Part shown: positions 38,630 to 52,464 of the stretch, in pieces
How the letters are laid out: each line of letters begins with the position of its first letter
Numbering within the stretch: the first letter of the stretch is position 1
Assembly: GCF_004010195.1 (NCBI RefSeq)
Contig: NC_057718.1
Span: 22,860,952-22,924,951 of the forward strand
Source of the DNA: Chiloscyllium plagiosum
Lineage: Eukaryota
DNA length: 64,000 bases
Direction of reading: 5' to 3'
Made by a program: the position numbers and the translations under genes
Notes under the pieces: model-generated
What the model saw: the letters and a program-made list of their open reading frames with translations, nothing else
The model's database searches: none
Told to the model about the DNA's origin: nothing

Positions 38630-38974
38630 ATTGAGTAGACCTATGCACCAAAATCTAGGCTGATGCTCCACGACAGTACTGAGGGAGTGCTGCACTTTCA
38701 GCAGGATCTTCTTTTCAATGATATATTAAACTGAGCCCACATCTGTCCTCTCAGGTACATGAAAGATCTCTTGGCACTTTTTTGAAGGAAATAGTCCCAA
38801 CCAATGTTTAATCATCAACCAATATTACTAAAAGAGATTATCTTGTTTGTGCTCATATGACGTTCTGTGGGATCTTGCTGTGCTGATTACACTTCAGAAA
38901 GCACTTTGTCAGTTGTGAAGTGCTTCGGGATGTCCTGCATGATGATAGGCCCTCTATAGCTGCAAGTTCTTTCT
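38630..38974 (+). mobile_element. Deu-domain SINE (SacSINE1/AmnSINE1-related)
   Basis: cagtactgagggagtgctgcac...ctctcagg...aaagatc...ggcact...tcaaccaa...agattatct...tgtgggatcttgctgtgc and 3' end gtgcttcgggatgtcctg...tgcaagttctttct, recognised as Deu-SINE-like. Confidence 0.72.
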
Positions 38975-40214
38975 CACTGTCTAAATCTCTTCAGTCAAAC
39001 TGCCCTGCAATGACTAATATTTACAATGATCAGCATTATTTTTGAATTTCGCTACGCTATCCTGTAGTTCACATAATCCATCATCTTAAATGTTTACGCT
39101 TGTCAAAGTAAATGAGGTGCAATGGTATTACTATTATGCGTCACACACATTATTGAGTCAATGCTAAACAATTTTTATCGGAGTTTCCAAAAATACAGAT
39201 TTGGCATTTGGAATGTAGTAGGTAGACAGTGAAGGTATAATTGATTTCTGTTTTGCCTGGCCCATTATCAAAATCAGTTTTTTTTGTGTGTGAAATGTTT
39301 TCTACTAATTTATAAAGGTCAATAAATAAAATACTTGTGTTCCAAGGTTCACACAGATTTGTTCGGATTTGTCACAAGATTTTGAATGTAAGAAGTTGGA
39401 CAAAAGTAAGTGTGTAACTGGCACTAAATTATCCTCCTGCATTTTACATGAGGGCTCATGCTCATTGCCCTTTAAATTAAGTGTGACCGCTACTTGTAAG
39501 GGAAAGAATGTGAGCAGTGAGCATGCAGTTACTGAAAGCTCAGAACAGTAGCATTTGAGAAATTTCACAGTATAACCAATCCACAGAAAGGAAAATCTGC
39601 TCAAAATGCAATCAAAATCTTGAGAAAAAGCCCACTGGAAAACTAATGGAGTTAACGTGCTTCATTCACTGGTTTAAGACCAACATAACATGATGAGTTT
39701 AATAGTGATCCACTTTGTAATACTGACTTTGCATCAATCTCAGGACAAAGAAATTAGGCAAAATTGCTGAGAAGCAAGTGCTGGAGACCTCAAGCATTGA
39801 AGTTCACAAGATCTTGGGGTGGGGGAAGTGGGGGGTGGGGTTGGGGGTGGTATCCAAGTTCACTGAGATTCATTCTCTGACATCAGCTCACTAAGGTAGC
39901 TGCAGTTTGGGGTTCATGGGCAGAGGGGAAGAAGGAGAACACCAGGATCAGCTGGTTTCAGCTTCCTCCGCACTGGCAGCAGTATTATCAGCATTGTCTT
40001 GGTCATTGGGCTCACTTGAAGCCTCTCTCCTCCCCTTTATCTCCCATCATACCTGGGCTGGAGGAAGAAAAGATTTGAATGCTATCATGTCTGACACTGA
40101 TCCTGCCTGGCAGCAGCTCCCCTTCCCTCTCAGCAAACCCAAGCCAGACACCGATCTGATGAGGCATTGGGGATAAACTCAGGCCAAGACTCTAAATGCT
40201 CAACACCAATCCAC

Positions 40215-40340
40215 AAGAACTGCAGATGCTGGAAATTGTTGACAAAATCTGAAATTGCTGGAAAACTCAGCAGGCCTGACAGCGTCTGTGGAGAGAACTC
40301 AGAATTAACATTTTGGGTCCAGTGACTCTTCTTCAGAACT
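40215..40340 (-). mobile_element. Solo PLE terminus (family B)
   Basis: Minus strand agtt-ctgaaga-a-gagtc-actg-gaccc-aaaa-tgtt-aatt followed by the conserved tail. Confidence 0.82.
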
Positions 40341-41859
40341 AAATTCCCATCCGGATATCCCACAGGGCATTCCAAACCCACCATCTGGGAAATTCTGGGT
40401 TGGAATGTGGAACTCACGATCACAAGGTGACAGTGGAGATGATGAACATAGACACATTTAAGGAGAGGCTAGATAAATGCATGAAAGGGGGAAAGTAGAA
40501 GGATAGAGTTCAATAAATCTATGCTAGAAACTGTGCTTATGAAACATGGGCACTGGTATGTGCTACTGGGGGAGGGAATTGTCTCATTTTGGGCTGGGCA
40601 TTCCATGTAATTATTTGTTATAAATTAGACCTATAGTTCCAGCTGCATGTCCAAAACTGGGAAACTGAAATAAAAGCAAACTAAAGGGAAAATAAGTAAA
40701 ATTACAGAAATCTTGGTTCTGTATGATTAAGTTAATTAAAAAGTATAATTATTATATGTTAAAAGATGATGTTTTTTAACCAGTACTATTAAGTTTATTA
40801 CAAACTATCAAAGTGGAACTGTTCAGAAAGTTACCATGAGTGTAGAAAATCACCAGAGCCTTGGGCCCAGACTGGGAATAAAGATCGATGTTATCGGGAA
40901 GGTGAGAAGCAGCTGGCCTGGGAGTTAAGATTGAAATGTTGTGAACCACAGAGTCAATGGCTTTTGATGAACTGTGAAATTGAGGGAGTGCAGCAGGGCT
41001 TATGGGATTCTCTGCAGCCGCTGTGGTACTCCATCAGGGAGAGATGGGATCAGCTCATCAATTTAAAACTCGTCATTGCCAGAAAGTATTCCTGGGTGAA
41101 AAGAAGAGTTGGAGTGTACCGGGGTGTCCAATCCATAATTGCTTGCAACCGAGAGAATCCATCCATTTGTAAACATCAGAACATTCAACTTCTGCTGTCC
41201 GCTCCAGCCATTTCCTTTGATTTTGTGGAAATATTTTTCGCCGTCATCAACAACAATAACCTGCAGTGATGTACCACCTTCAAAGTATTAGGATGTGCTG
41301 AGATGCTGCATGGGTTTGCATTTTCATCATGGATGTCCTGCCCCATGATGGAAATATTTATGATATTTTTCACTGAACAACAGTATTAAGTACTTCCTGG
41401 GCAGATTCAGCATGGAGATAATTTTAAAACTAAGAATGTACAAGTTAGGAGCAGGAGGCCATTTGGTTCCTTTGGTCTGCTTGCCATTTAATAAAGTCAA
41501 ACTCAATGCACATTCCTGCCTACTCTCATAACCCTGAACTCTGTTGTTTGCCAACAATCTATCCAACACTGCCTTAAATACATCAAAGGACTGATTCTAT
41601 CATTTTTTGAGGAAGTGAGCTCCAAGATGGAAGGGAGGGGAGATCTCAGAAGGACTAGAAGGCAAACGAGAATGCAGATAAATAAACAACTCGCTGGAGA
41701 AGGAGGTGCTACAAATCTCCCCAGTTTCAGTAATGGGAGAGTCAAGTATGTCAGTGCACAAGACAAGGTTCAATCTGATTCAACCATTTTCAGTGCAGAG
41801 TGAATGATCTTTCTTGGTCTCTCCCTGAGAGCCCCCAGCAACAGAGCTGCTGGTTTACA

Positions 41860-42020
41860 ACCAATTTTATTCAGTGCACATGACATCAAGAAAGGACTGA
41901 ATGCACCAGACAATGTCCCTGCAATGCTCCTAAAAGGTTATGCTCCTAACCAAGCTGCTCCAGTACAGTCACAGTACTGGCATTGATCCAACAATCTGCA
42001 AGATTGTCAGATATGTTCTG
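41860..42020 (+). mobile_element. CR1/L2-group LINE ORF2 fragment
   Basis: DIKKGLNAPDNVPAMLLK followed by LTKLLQYSHSTGI, resembling the pre-RT region. Confidence 0.55.
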
Positions 42021-42554
42021 TTAGATGTTCTGGTACTAACCACTGGTGTTTAATAGTTGTGGTGGTGTGCTAAAGCACTTTGTGGTTTCCTATCTGTTAA
42101 CATACCACAGAGAGTTGGGTTCTTTTTGAGAAAGCTGTCTTGATGTTTGTTAGCAATACCACTATTAACATGGTTCCAATATCACAGATTTAATCTGGGT
42201 TCAGTGGTTACTCATGTTAGTGTACATCACGTACTATAAATGACTGCAAGATTCCATGATACAGAGACAGTGATTGAAGGTTAGGCAGATACCTTTATAC
42301 TGGAATGTCTCATATTATGATCTCATATAATTATCTTACTGACAAATCAGAAGCAGGAGAAAGGCATTCAGTTCTTCGAGCCTGCACTGTCCTTTAATAA
42401 GATCATGGCTGATCTGATTGTAATGTCAAATCCGCATTCTCATCTACTGCTGACATGCTTCCAACCTTGGCCTTTCTAGAATCTATTCTATAATACAACA
42501 AATGTGCCAATCCACCTTTCTGATCTTGTTAATAAATGTTGAATCACAAAGTGC

Positions 42555-42945
42555 TAATATTCAAGTTCAGCGGGAAATAGGGAAGACAAATGGAATGCCG
42601 GCCTTTATTTCAGAGGATATAAAAGTAGTTTTACTAAAATTATATGTTGCACTAGTCAGAAGACAGCTGGAATAATGTGAATAGTTATGGGCCACTTATC
42701 TAAGGTAGTATGTACTGGTATTGGAGCCAGTCCAGAGAAGGTTCTCTTGGCTGATACAGGTATGGAGGGATTGTCTTAGGAGGCAACTTTGTGTAGAATG
42801 GGCCTGTACTTGTTGGAATTTAAGGCAGAATTAGAGGCAACAGTATTAAAACGTACAAGATTCTTAGAGGATCAGGCATTGAGGAAAGGTTAATTCCCCT
42901 GTGGGAGAATCTAGGATCAGAGGATATAATCTTAGAATGAGGGTT
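42555..42945 (+). mobile_element. Decayed CR1 ORF2 fragment
   Basis: LLKLYVALVRRQLE and ALEPVQRRF-like segments. Confidence 0.75.
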
Positions 42946-43677
42946 ATCTTTCCTTAATACCTGACATTCTACCGATCTAGCATCCTACCATCGTAGCACC
43001 CTAACTTACATATAACTTGCTCTCTTACCTTTTGTAGGAGCCGTGAAAGTAGCTGTGTTTCCTGATATTTAAATCACAAAACACAGAAACCACTGCTGTG
43101 AAACGGTGGGTGTAGTTTGACATCTCCTGACTGTTCTGCACTGTGAGGGACCTATCAGCTTTCAGGTATGCTCCATATTTCTGAAGGAGTCCAGGTCAGA
43201 ATCTTGTGTCAGAAACACAGAATTTTTTCTTAAAGTTGAAATGAAGGAGTGGAGTGGCAAATTGAGTGTGATTGCCACTCTTGGAATATCCAGTCCATTG
43301 TGACTGCTGCCAAGGTGAGGCAGCCTTGGCCACATCATGAGTGTGTGATCAGGGAGTGGAAGCCCTTGCATCTCCTGATTGAGAAGGGGTGCTCGCTGCA
43401 CCGTGTGTCTGTATTTGATGACTCGTTTCAGCAGGACAGAAATCCGTTACCCTGGCAAAGCCACATGCCCAATCCTTCTGCTTTTCTCAGCAAAGATAGA
43501 AGACAATGAAGTCCCATCTTGGTAGGTGCGTGCCCTCAGTAACTTCCTGTATGAAGCATTGAATTACAATCTCAGAAAGATCAGGAACATTGCTGGTTGC
43601 AGCTTGGAAGAATCCTGAGATATTGAAATTAAGGGTCCTGTGACTGATTGTCACTGTTGACATTAGAGTTTTTAACA

Positions 43678-44490
43678 GCACAGAAAGAGGACGTTTGGTC
43701 CATCGTATCAGTGCCCATCATCAACTTTCATCTGCTGGAATCCCATTTCCCATTACTTGGCCATAGCTTTCAATACTATGGCTTTTCAAGTGCTCATTTA
43801 AATAATTATTAAATCTCTTCAGGGTTCCTGCTTCAACCATTCTTTCACACAGCGAATTCCAGAAACTTACAACTCTCCGGCTGAGACAATTTCCCTCAAA
43901 TTTCCGCTCAACTTCCTATTCCTTATCATAAATCTATACCCCTGGTTTTTGACCCCTCTACTAAAGGGAGAAGTTTCTCCTTATTTATCCTATCTATGGT
44001 CCTTAGAATTTCTGTGTGCTTCAAGCAGATCCCCCTTCAGCCTTCTCTGCTCTAAGGAAAACAATCCCAGCTTATCTAGTGTCTCTTCATAGTTGAATTG
44101 CACTGCCTGGTGAATCTCCTCTGCACCTTCTCTAGTGCAGTCACAAAACTGCAAGCAGTACTCCTGCTTTGGCCTGACTAATAATATATGCAGCTCCAAC
44201 ATAACCTCCTTGCTCTTCGATTCATTGCCCTGACAAAGGAAGACAAGCATCCCATATGCATTCTTAACCACCTTGTGTATCTGTCCTCTGCTTTCAAGGA
44301 TCTGTGGACAAGTACAGCAAAGTCCCTCCGAATCTCAGTGCTTCCTAGTGTCCAGCCATTCAAAATGCTCTCCTTTGCCTTGTTAGTCATCCAAAAATGC
44401 ATCATCTCAGACATTTCAGGATTAAATTCCACTGTTGAACCAACTGACCACTCCGTCGGGACCATCCTGCAGTCTAAAGCTATTTACCAC
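43678..44490 (-). mobile_element. CR1 LINE fragment
   Basis: ORFs 44178-44465 (VEFNPEMSEMMHF) and 43990-44271 (KEVMLELHILLVRP...LGLFSLEQRRLKGDL). Confidence 0.88.
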
Positions 44491-44897
44491 ACTTTGCTAG
44501 CTCTGCAGTTGTAGATCTGATCCAAGGAAGTGGATGGTTAACTGACCAGCAGCTTTGTGGCGTGTGGCTACTGTAGACACTCCTCATTGTGATATGAAGG
44601 TAAGAGAAGTGCTCTCTGTATATCTTAAGGATTGAGACGTCTATGGAGAGCCTTCTTCCTCCTCCTCCTCACTCTGCCAGAGGTTTCTCCTTCATGTTGT
44701 TTCTGCTCCATCTCTCTGTTATGCTTCAAGAAGAGCAGAATCTTCAGTCACCATTACTTTCTGCCTAGGGGCCTTATCCTTGCAATGGTCCAGCACCGTT
44801 CACCCTGAGCTGCAGAAGGCAATAGTATGAAGCCTTCCTGTATCACAGTGTGCATAAATGTGCAGTAATTGGACCGTCCCTTGCCTCAATGTAAAGA

Positions 44898-45016
44898 AGA
44901 AGGGCTTATGCCCGAAACGTCGATTCTCCTGTTCCCTGGATGCTGCCTGACCTGCTGTGCTTTTCCAGCAACACATTTTCAGCTCTGATCTCCAGCATCT
45001 GCAGACCTCACTTTCT
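44898..45016 (+). mobile_element. Young solo PLE terminus (family A) with perfect 14-bp TSD
   Basis: TSD cctcaatgtaaaga at 44884-44897 and 45017-45030. Begins aga-a-gggc-ttat-gccc-gaaa-cgtc, so the CUG of the core is lost. Confidence 0.92.
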
Positions 45017-45076
45017 CCTCAATGTAAAGATAGTCCAGTCACAGACTATAATAACAAGACGATAGTGTTTTAGTGA

Positions 45077-45079
<3 letters not shown>

Positions 45080-45113
<34 letters not shown>
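45080..45113. repeat. (TA)17 microsatellite
   Basis: Direct reading. Confidence 0.95.
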
Positions 45114-45116
<3 letters not shown>

Positions 45117-45504
45117 ATATTTTTATGAATGAAACATGGTTTTGAAATAAAAATACACTGCACCGTAATTGGAAGCATCTTGCAAAAGGAAGTCTGAAGC
45201 AGCTCACCCGTAAGTCAAATGGTGATGCTTTTGAATTATATGGGGAGAGATGTAAGAGTCCATGCTCAATTGTGAATGTTTAAGACAGCCCCAAAATGGC
45301 TCTTGTCTCACTGATATCCACTAAAATCGTAATTTAATTCAAATAAAATGCTGTGAAATTGTTGTTACTAATTCTGCCAGAAGAACATTTTTTCTGCTAC
45401 AAGGAGCAGAGAGAATCTTCCTCTCGATATGACTTAGTACAGTAAGGCTTGGTTTCGTGACCTGGACTTGTTCTCGCTGTCAATTCAGCTGAGGCTGTCT
45501 TATT

Positions 45505-45845
45505 AGAACACACAAACCAGGAGCAGGAGTAGGCCATCTGGCCCCTTGAGCCTGTTCCACCATTCAATAAGATCATGGCTGATCTTTTCATGGACTTAAC
45601 ACGCCTGCTCACCATATCCCTTAACTCCTTACTGTTCAAACAACTATCTATCTCTGCCTTAAAAATATTCTGTGAGATAGCCTCAAAACTGCTTCACTGG
45701 GCAGGGAATGCCACAGATTCAGGTGAAGAAGTTCCTCCTCAGCTAAAGTCCTAAATCTGCTCCCCCTTATTTTGAGGCTATGCCTTCTAGTCCTAGATTT
45801 ACCCCTCAATGGAAACAGCCTCCCTGCTTCTATCTTATCTATTCA
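45505..45845 (-). mobile_element. CR1 3' end
   Basis: ggagcaggagtaggccat...ccattcaataagatcatggctgatc, a minus-strand CR1 3'UTR. Confidence 0.8.
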
Positions 45846-46717
45846 ACTCATTCTGTGCAGAATGACTGCAACCAAGAGAGCAAGGAGTTTTTATCCCATC
45901 AATCTGGGTGGATTCACATGAATTGTGAGAGAACAGTGCAATAAATCTACTCCATTATCAAGTCCCATCTGTTCTGCCATATGCTTAAATCAACTATGTT
46001 CTCGAGGTAAAAGTTGTAAGCTATTTTTCCTTATTTATGAACAGAGGAGAGCAATGGGACACAATCTGATCATGTGTGCACATCTGTCAAATCTGTTTCA
46101 TTAAATTTCTATTTGAATAAATAGAAAAATAGCTTCAAAATGTAGCCAGTGAGAATGGCTGGTCTTCAGACAAGCACAGCTAAATTCAATTTCTTCAAAC
46201 ATTTTATTGAAGGCACCATATAGTTGCACTTCTTACAACATTGAAGAAGTGTTCTATTTTCAAAAAAAAGCCTGTGAACATGCCTCTTCTCAGCATGTCC
46301 TGTTAATATTCAATCGATTTTCATTTTAGTGAATCTTATAAAGTATGTTCCTCTCAGATGCCGTAGCTTGGTTCTATAAAATGTTTCAAGAGCATTGAAA
46401 CTAATGAGACCCTGGAGTTTGGAAAAAAATGGTTGGGATGGGAAACAAGTTGGTTTGAAGATATTAGATTTACAATAATGAGAAGGACTTAAACTCTTGC
46501 TATGGATTGATTAATCATGCCTCTCTTGGGCAATTTCATGCAATCATGAATTAATAGAGAACAGAGCAAACTGAGGAGAGGATGTCATTATTAGTCAAAC
46601 ATTCAATAAATAAATAGAAGATGGTTATTGACATTTGAGTAGATAATTTTGGATGTGTTGTGTTTCTATTGCATCAGGTAAGGTTAAGAGTGAACTTCTC
46701 ACAAACAGGCTGAAAGA

Positions 46718-46977
46718 AGATTAGATTCCCTATAGTGTGGAAACAGGCCCTTCAGTCCAACAAGTCCACACTGACCCTCTGAAGAGTAACCCACCCAGAC
46801 TCATTTCCCTCTGACTAATGCACCTAACACTATCGGCAATTTAGCACAGCCAATTCACCTGGCAACCCGCACAGACACAGGGAGAATGTACAAACTCCAC
46901 ACAGACAGCTGGAATTGAATCTGGGTCCCTGGCACTGTGAGGCAGCAGTGCTAACCATTGAGCCACTGTGCTGCCCA
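46718..46977 (-). mobile_element. HE1-type SINE with internal deletions
   Basis: Tail, partial core and head are present. Confidence 0.9.
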
Positions 46978-47831
46978 GCATGGTGATTTGAGGGGTAAAT
47001 TCACTCTCATGCATTTTGAATACCCCAATACATAATAGAATTGGCAGGGATGTTAAAGCAAGATTTTAGCCTTCAGAATGCTTCCATGTTTCTAGGATTA
47101 AATCTAAATCTTAGACAGTGAAAACGAAAACAAATTGACATTTTAAAAAGTTCTGGTCTTTTTGAATTTCCACAGTTTTTTTCTCTATTTGCTTTTCACA
47201 TTTCAAGAATTTACAACTATTTGAAACATAGTTTCTCTGCATAGTCTTGTAGCAGAGTCCAATCTCTCAGATTCAATCAAGATATAGAAAACAAAGGGCA
47301 GGAATAGGCCCAAAGTAGTTCATTTACGACACGCAGGGGCAGAGAGGAGAAAGCTTCACCAGTTCATTATCCTGCTCACTGTAGATTACCTGTGCAAATG
47401 ATCTATTTTCTTTAGAGTAGACCTCTTACTCAGTAGTGGCCTCTGCCCAATACAGATCCTCTACCTATCGTATATCTCAAAAGACACACTTGCCTTAATA
47501 GCGCAGAGACTATGGAAAAGGATAGTTGCAGGTTAAATCAGGGAGCCATAGTGTTATAATTTCCATCTACAAAAATTGTACAGGTACCAAAGATTTATTT
47601 CTATGAATAAAGTATATTTTGAAATAAAAAAAATCTAACCAAATACACCATTCAGGCTATCACATCTGTACACATTGCAACTCATCTTCTAAGATTTCTA
47701 CTAAACGTTCCTCTCTCTCTCTTGCTTCATGTAGCAGAGGTTTGATCAACTGAAAAATGTTCTCTTTAATTTCTCACAGTTCACTACAGAATTGTTGATC
47801 CTTACAGGAGACAGAACATGGATTATGGCCA

Positions 47832-47934
47832 CAAACAAAAACAGAAATTGCTGGAATAACTCAGAAGGTCTGGCAGCATCTGTGGAGAGAAATCAGAGTT
47901 AACATTCCAGGTCCAGTGACTCTTGTTCAGAACT
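47832..47934 (-). mobile_element. Solo PLE terminus (family B)
   Basis: aaaacagaaattgctgg...gcagcatctgtggagagaaatcagagttaac...ggtccagtgactcttgttcagaact. Confidence 0.82.
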
Positions 47935-49330
47935 GATCACGGCTCCATTTTACACAACACAAGTACAGTTCAGAGTCCATTCCTCTGTTGAACTCTAAGA
48001 AAAGTTTTGTATATTTGTGAGCTCTCACATTTTTGTAACAACGTATCTTAAGCTTATTTCCCTCAGTCTATTTTACAAACAGGTGTTTGCTTCTGCTAAA
48101 CTTTCTGTGTCTCTTCAATTAACGTGAAAAGCCTCCGTGTCCCAGAAATTACATTTCCTAGAAATACCACCCTCTTAAATTTTTCTGACTCTCCTCTGGT
48201 CTCTCATTTGCTCTTCTTTTCTTGGTTGCAGACAATGACTAGCATTTTTTCGGAAACACTTGTTTATAGAATCTCATAATGTGACGAAATTGGACTGTCC
48301 TGTTTGAATAAGTACCTTGTTCATGTTGTTAGAGTTCCCTTCTTCAACCATATCCCTAGTCTGCTGTTTCCGTTGAATTATTTATATTCTTTAGAAGTTC
48401 CATGGTTTGCTTGAATCTAATCCTCTTATCACCATTTTTGAGTCAATATGACTCAGTGACCTATTGTAGTATGTTGAGAAGCAATGGATGAACCTAAAAT
48501 TAAGACAGGAAGTATTGGAGAAACTCAGGAGATCTCGCATCATCTAACAGAGTTAATGTTTCGAGTCCAATGTTATTGTTTTTTGGAACACTGGGTGACC
48601 CTCATTGGCAACATGAATTCCTTCTGTTCTCAGACTTCGGCGGATTATCAAATGCTCCACTTGTTTTCAACTGACCCAAGCCATGTTGCAGTTGAACCAA
48701 AGTAAATTGGTTACTACCTCCTGGAATTTCTCAGGCACAATTATGCGAATATCATGTGTCAAATGGTTTACTTTTGCATAACTTGCTTTTTTTTCCCACT
48801 ATTAATCATCGGGCCTACATTTTTGCTGATATTGTTGATGTTCCATTGCTCAAGTCTTCCCATGTCATGTTCCACTGTGTCTCCAACCAAAGTGGAGGCT
48901 GCTTTTCCCACTATCCAAAATATTGCAGTCGTGACCATTCAGGGCAATGTCACAGGATTTGCCGAACAAGAACGTTAAATCACAGGGTTGACCGAATGCA
49001 CGTTGACATTATCCGATCTTCAATGCCATCCTGTTCTGACTCTCAGTCTTCCTTTTGATATGATTGTACCCTATGTGTAGGCTTAAAAGGAATAGTTGGT
49101 AAAGGCACCAAATTGTTTGCCCTGCAACCCATGTGCAAACATAGTGTTTATAGTATCTGCTGTACTCAGCATTTCTTGCTCAATCTGTTAGAAAACAGAA
49201 ACTTGCCTTTATTTTAATCTCTTCCACCTCTCCTCACAATGGAACTGCTTTTATACTCCATTGGTTTCAGATGAATGTGAAGCAGGCTGCCCACTCACTA
49301 TCAGTTTATTTTGTTTCCTCTATGCGGAGG

Positions 49331-49443
49331 TGGGTACTGCAGATGCTGGAGACTAGAGCCAAGATTAGAGTGATGCTGGAAAAGCACAGCAGGTCAGGCA
49401 GCATTCCAGTAGCAGGAAAATTGACGTTTCGGGCAAAAGCCCT
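49331..49443 (-). mobile_element. Solo PLE terminus (family A-like)
   Basis: ctgcagatgctggag...gacgtttcgggcaaaagccct, truncated at stem II of the hammerhead. Confidence 0.82.
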
Positions 49444-49837
49444 GATGCATGAGGAACCTACCCAGGCTTATATCCATTCCCAGAGTGAGGTTTTACCTGT
49501 AACAGGTCAATGTATCTGCTTCCAGCGGCTATAGCTTGTGCCCTCCATCAGCTACTCCATGTTAAACACGGCTGAGCAGGAGACCCTCCTGCACTTACTG
49601 TCTGCCATTGGTGTATCGGAAAGATTCATAGGTTGAACTGAAGCTACTTTTACACTCTTTGCACTGCTAATACTCTCTTTGTAGTCATCGAATCCTGGAT
49701 TCACCCTTGAACCTGAGCTTGTGGCTTTGAGACAAGGAAGCCATTATTTTGCCACAGAACTTCCTTATATTTTGTGTTATCACAATTGACGAATTTCACC
49801 CTCTATTTTGGGTAATTTCCGCAGATTTTGAACCCAG

Positions 49838-50320
49838 AATCACAGAATTGTTACTGTACAGAAGGAGGCCATTCAGTGCATTATATCTGTGCTGACTCTC
49901 TGAATGGGCACCTCATGACATTATCCCACCTTCTCCGTGTAACCCTGCACACAGTTCCTTTTCAAATAACCACCTGTCTCCATTTTGAAAGTCCTCATTC
50001 AACTGACCGCATTCTCAGCCAATGCATTCCAGACCCGAGGCACTCATTAAAAAGGATTTGCCACATATCAGTTTTGTTAATTTTACAAATTACATTAAAT
50101 CTGTTCCTTCTCATTCTCAATCATTTCTGATAGGGAACAGTTTCTCCCCAACTTCTCTGTCCAGGCCTCTCGTGATTTTGAATTTTTCTGTCAGGTCTCT
50201 TCTCAGCCTTATCTTCCTTGCCAATTTATCTAAAGAAGTGAAATTCCTCATCCCTAAAACCATCCTCTCAAACCTCTTCTGCACTCTCTCCAATAATTTC
50301 ACATCCTTCCTGAAGGATGC
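49838..50320 (-). mobile_element. Decayed CR1 3' fragment
   Basis: ORF 50117-50350 has FRKDVKLLERVQKRFERM...RLRRDLTEKFKI. Confidence 0.8.
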
Positions 50321-51247
50321 TTTATTACCAATAGTAATATGATAATCCAATTACATTGTTCACAACAGAAACAATAAAAAGGTTAAATGAACAGAATGAT
50401 CAAAAATCCAAACAATAGTTATGATGTGATGCATCCTTTCACATGTGGATCTTATTTTTAAAGTAATGATAATCTGACCCAGCTACATGCTTTAAAAAGC
50501 TCTGTAAGACACATAGAATAAAGCAATTAAAATTTTTGATTCACATCCTATGTCCCATTCTTATTTCCTTGAATATTTTGTGATGAAGAAGTGTTCGTGA
50601 ATCCTTTATTCTTTCATGCCTGGGAGTATAATGAATTCCACAGGACCAAAAAGTCTGACTGCAAGTTTCTAAATAATTGTAAACCAATTATTCACTCCAT
50701 TAAAGTGAATCTAAAAAAAAACCCACAAAATGATAGGTTGTTAAATTTAAATATGGATAAGAAAAAAGACAAAGACACAAGGAAAATTCATATAGCATTG
50801 AAGAAAATTACTTTCTGAATCAATGCAAAGAAGTTATTGGGTTGAAGAAGTCTACATGGAGAACAGAAAGGATCATTTGGGAAATGCTAAACTCAAAGTT
50901 TAATCATTTCCTGATAAAGCTCAGTAGTTAAGCCTCTTGGCTAAGCAGAGTGTCCCTGCCAAATTTCACTGGAAACCTATTTGCAGATGCTTTTATGCAC
51001 TTGTTCAAAATCGCTCAATATTTGTATATTCAGTCAAGCTGTTCAACTACCATCAAATGATCAGCTATGTACTTTGAATATAATTGCACATCATGTTCTA
51101 CAGGGACAAGCCCTGGGGTATGTTTCAGATGTATTGACACTGTGTTTGCTGAGCAAGATGTTATCAACTGGAACCTGGAGAATATAGCTACGATTTAATC
51201 TATTGCAAAGGTTGTGAAGATAAACTCCAACACTGCATCAACCTGAG

Positions 51248-51400
51248 AGAATGCTGGACAACATCAGCAGGTCTGAGGCCTCTATGGAGACAAAGCAGAG
51301 TTAATGTACCGAGTCCGGTATGACGCTTGTTCAGAACCAAATTCCTCCAGCACTCTCTGTGTTTGTTTCAGAGTTCCCGCATCAGCAGTATTTTGTTTTA
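51248..51400. mobile_element. Decayed inverted PLE termini (family B)
   Basis: tgctggacaacatcagcaggtctg...cagagttaatg...ttcagaac followed by the inverted tail ctccagca...gtttcagagttcccgcatcagcag. Confidence 0.65.
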
Positions 51401-51559
51401 ATTTGAGCTCCGACACAGCAGTCAGAATACTTGCAAAACAAGGCTTTTTCAAATAATAATGCTTTCTCTCCACTTCCCGTTCATTACCTGCTTCCTTTTG
51501 AAATGTAGGCATGTTTCCTATCTCCAAGACATTACTAACATTAACATTTCTAACATTTG

Positions 51560-51853
51560 GGGGTGGCACAGTGGCACTGCTGCCTCACAGCACCAAGGTC
51601 CCAGGTTTGAGCCCAGCCTTGGTGACTGTCTGTGTGGAGTTTGTATATTCTCCCTCTGTCTGTGTAGGTTTGTTCTGGGCTCCTCCCACAGTCCAAAGAT
51701 GTGCAGGTCAGGTGAATTGACCATGCTAAATTGCCCATAGTGTTAGGTGCATTAGTCAGAGAGAAATGAGTCTGGGTGGGTTACTCTTTGGAGGGTTGGT
51801 GTGGATTTGTTGGGCTGAAGGACCTGTTTCCACACTGTAGGCAATCTAATCTA
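51560..51853 (+). mobile_element. HE1-type SINE
   Basis: Head, core and aatctaatcta tail. Confidence 0.9.
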
Positions 51854-52464
51854 AAAAAAAAAATTACTCTTCATGTAGTCAAGATAATATGCACATAAGA
51901 CAAAAAAGTAGTCAAGGGTTACTCTCCTTTTTGGTAACCTGGCATACACTTTGACATTTACCTGTCTCAAAAGTCAAAGTACAATTCCTTGTGACAGAAT
52001 GTAGTATGCATTTCCAGCTCAGATTTGATTAATTTGTGTATGAATTCTCAAAAACATTATGCAGCTGAACATTAAGTTTTATTTTACTGATGCATGTATC
52101 ATTTTAAATTAGAGAGTTAAACACACGTTCCTGGATTTGCAAGTTAGCAGAGAGTTGCACAAATTAGGCACTAATCCATAAAGAAGGTGCCATCTGATGT
52201 CAAGAAAAATCACAAGTTCCTTTAAGGCAGGGCAAGTTGATATTGGCTTGCTTAACATTTTCTTAGAAAGTGACAGTTCACATCATGTGACAGATTGCTT
52301 TCACGTTTTAAATGAAAGGTATAACAGAATATTAGTTGATTGCGACTTCTCATTTAAAGTTCAATATGCAAACAGAACTGAGTTGGAACATAACTTTATT
52401 CAGGCTAACGCACAGGTAAACAGGCGGAGGCATGCATTGCTTAATTCATTTTGCAAGTTGTCTT

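Noticed and set aside
43160-43650. Possible RTE or other transposon coding relic on the minus strand
   Set aside because: Only a faint resemblance (SIFA...IGHV), too weak to call.
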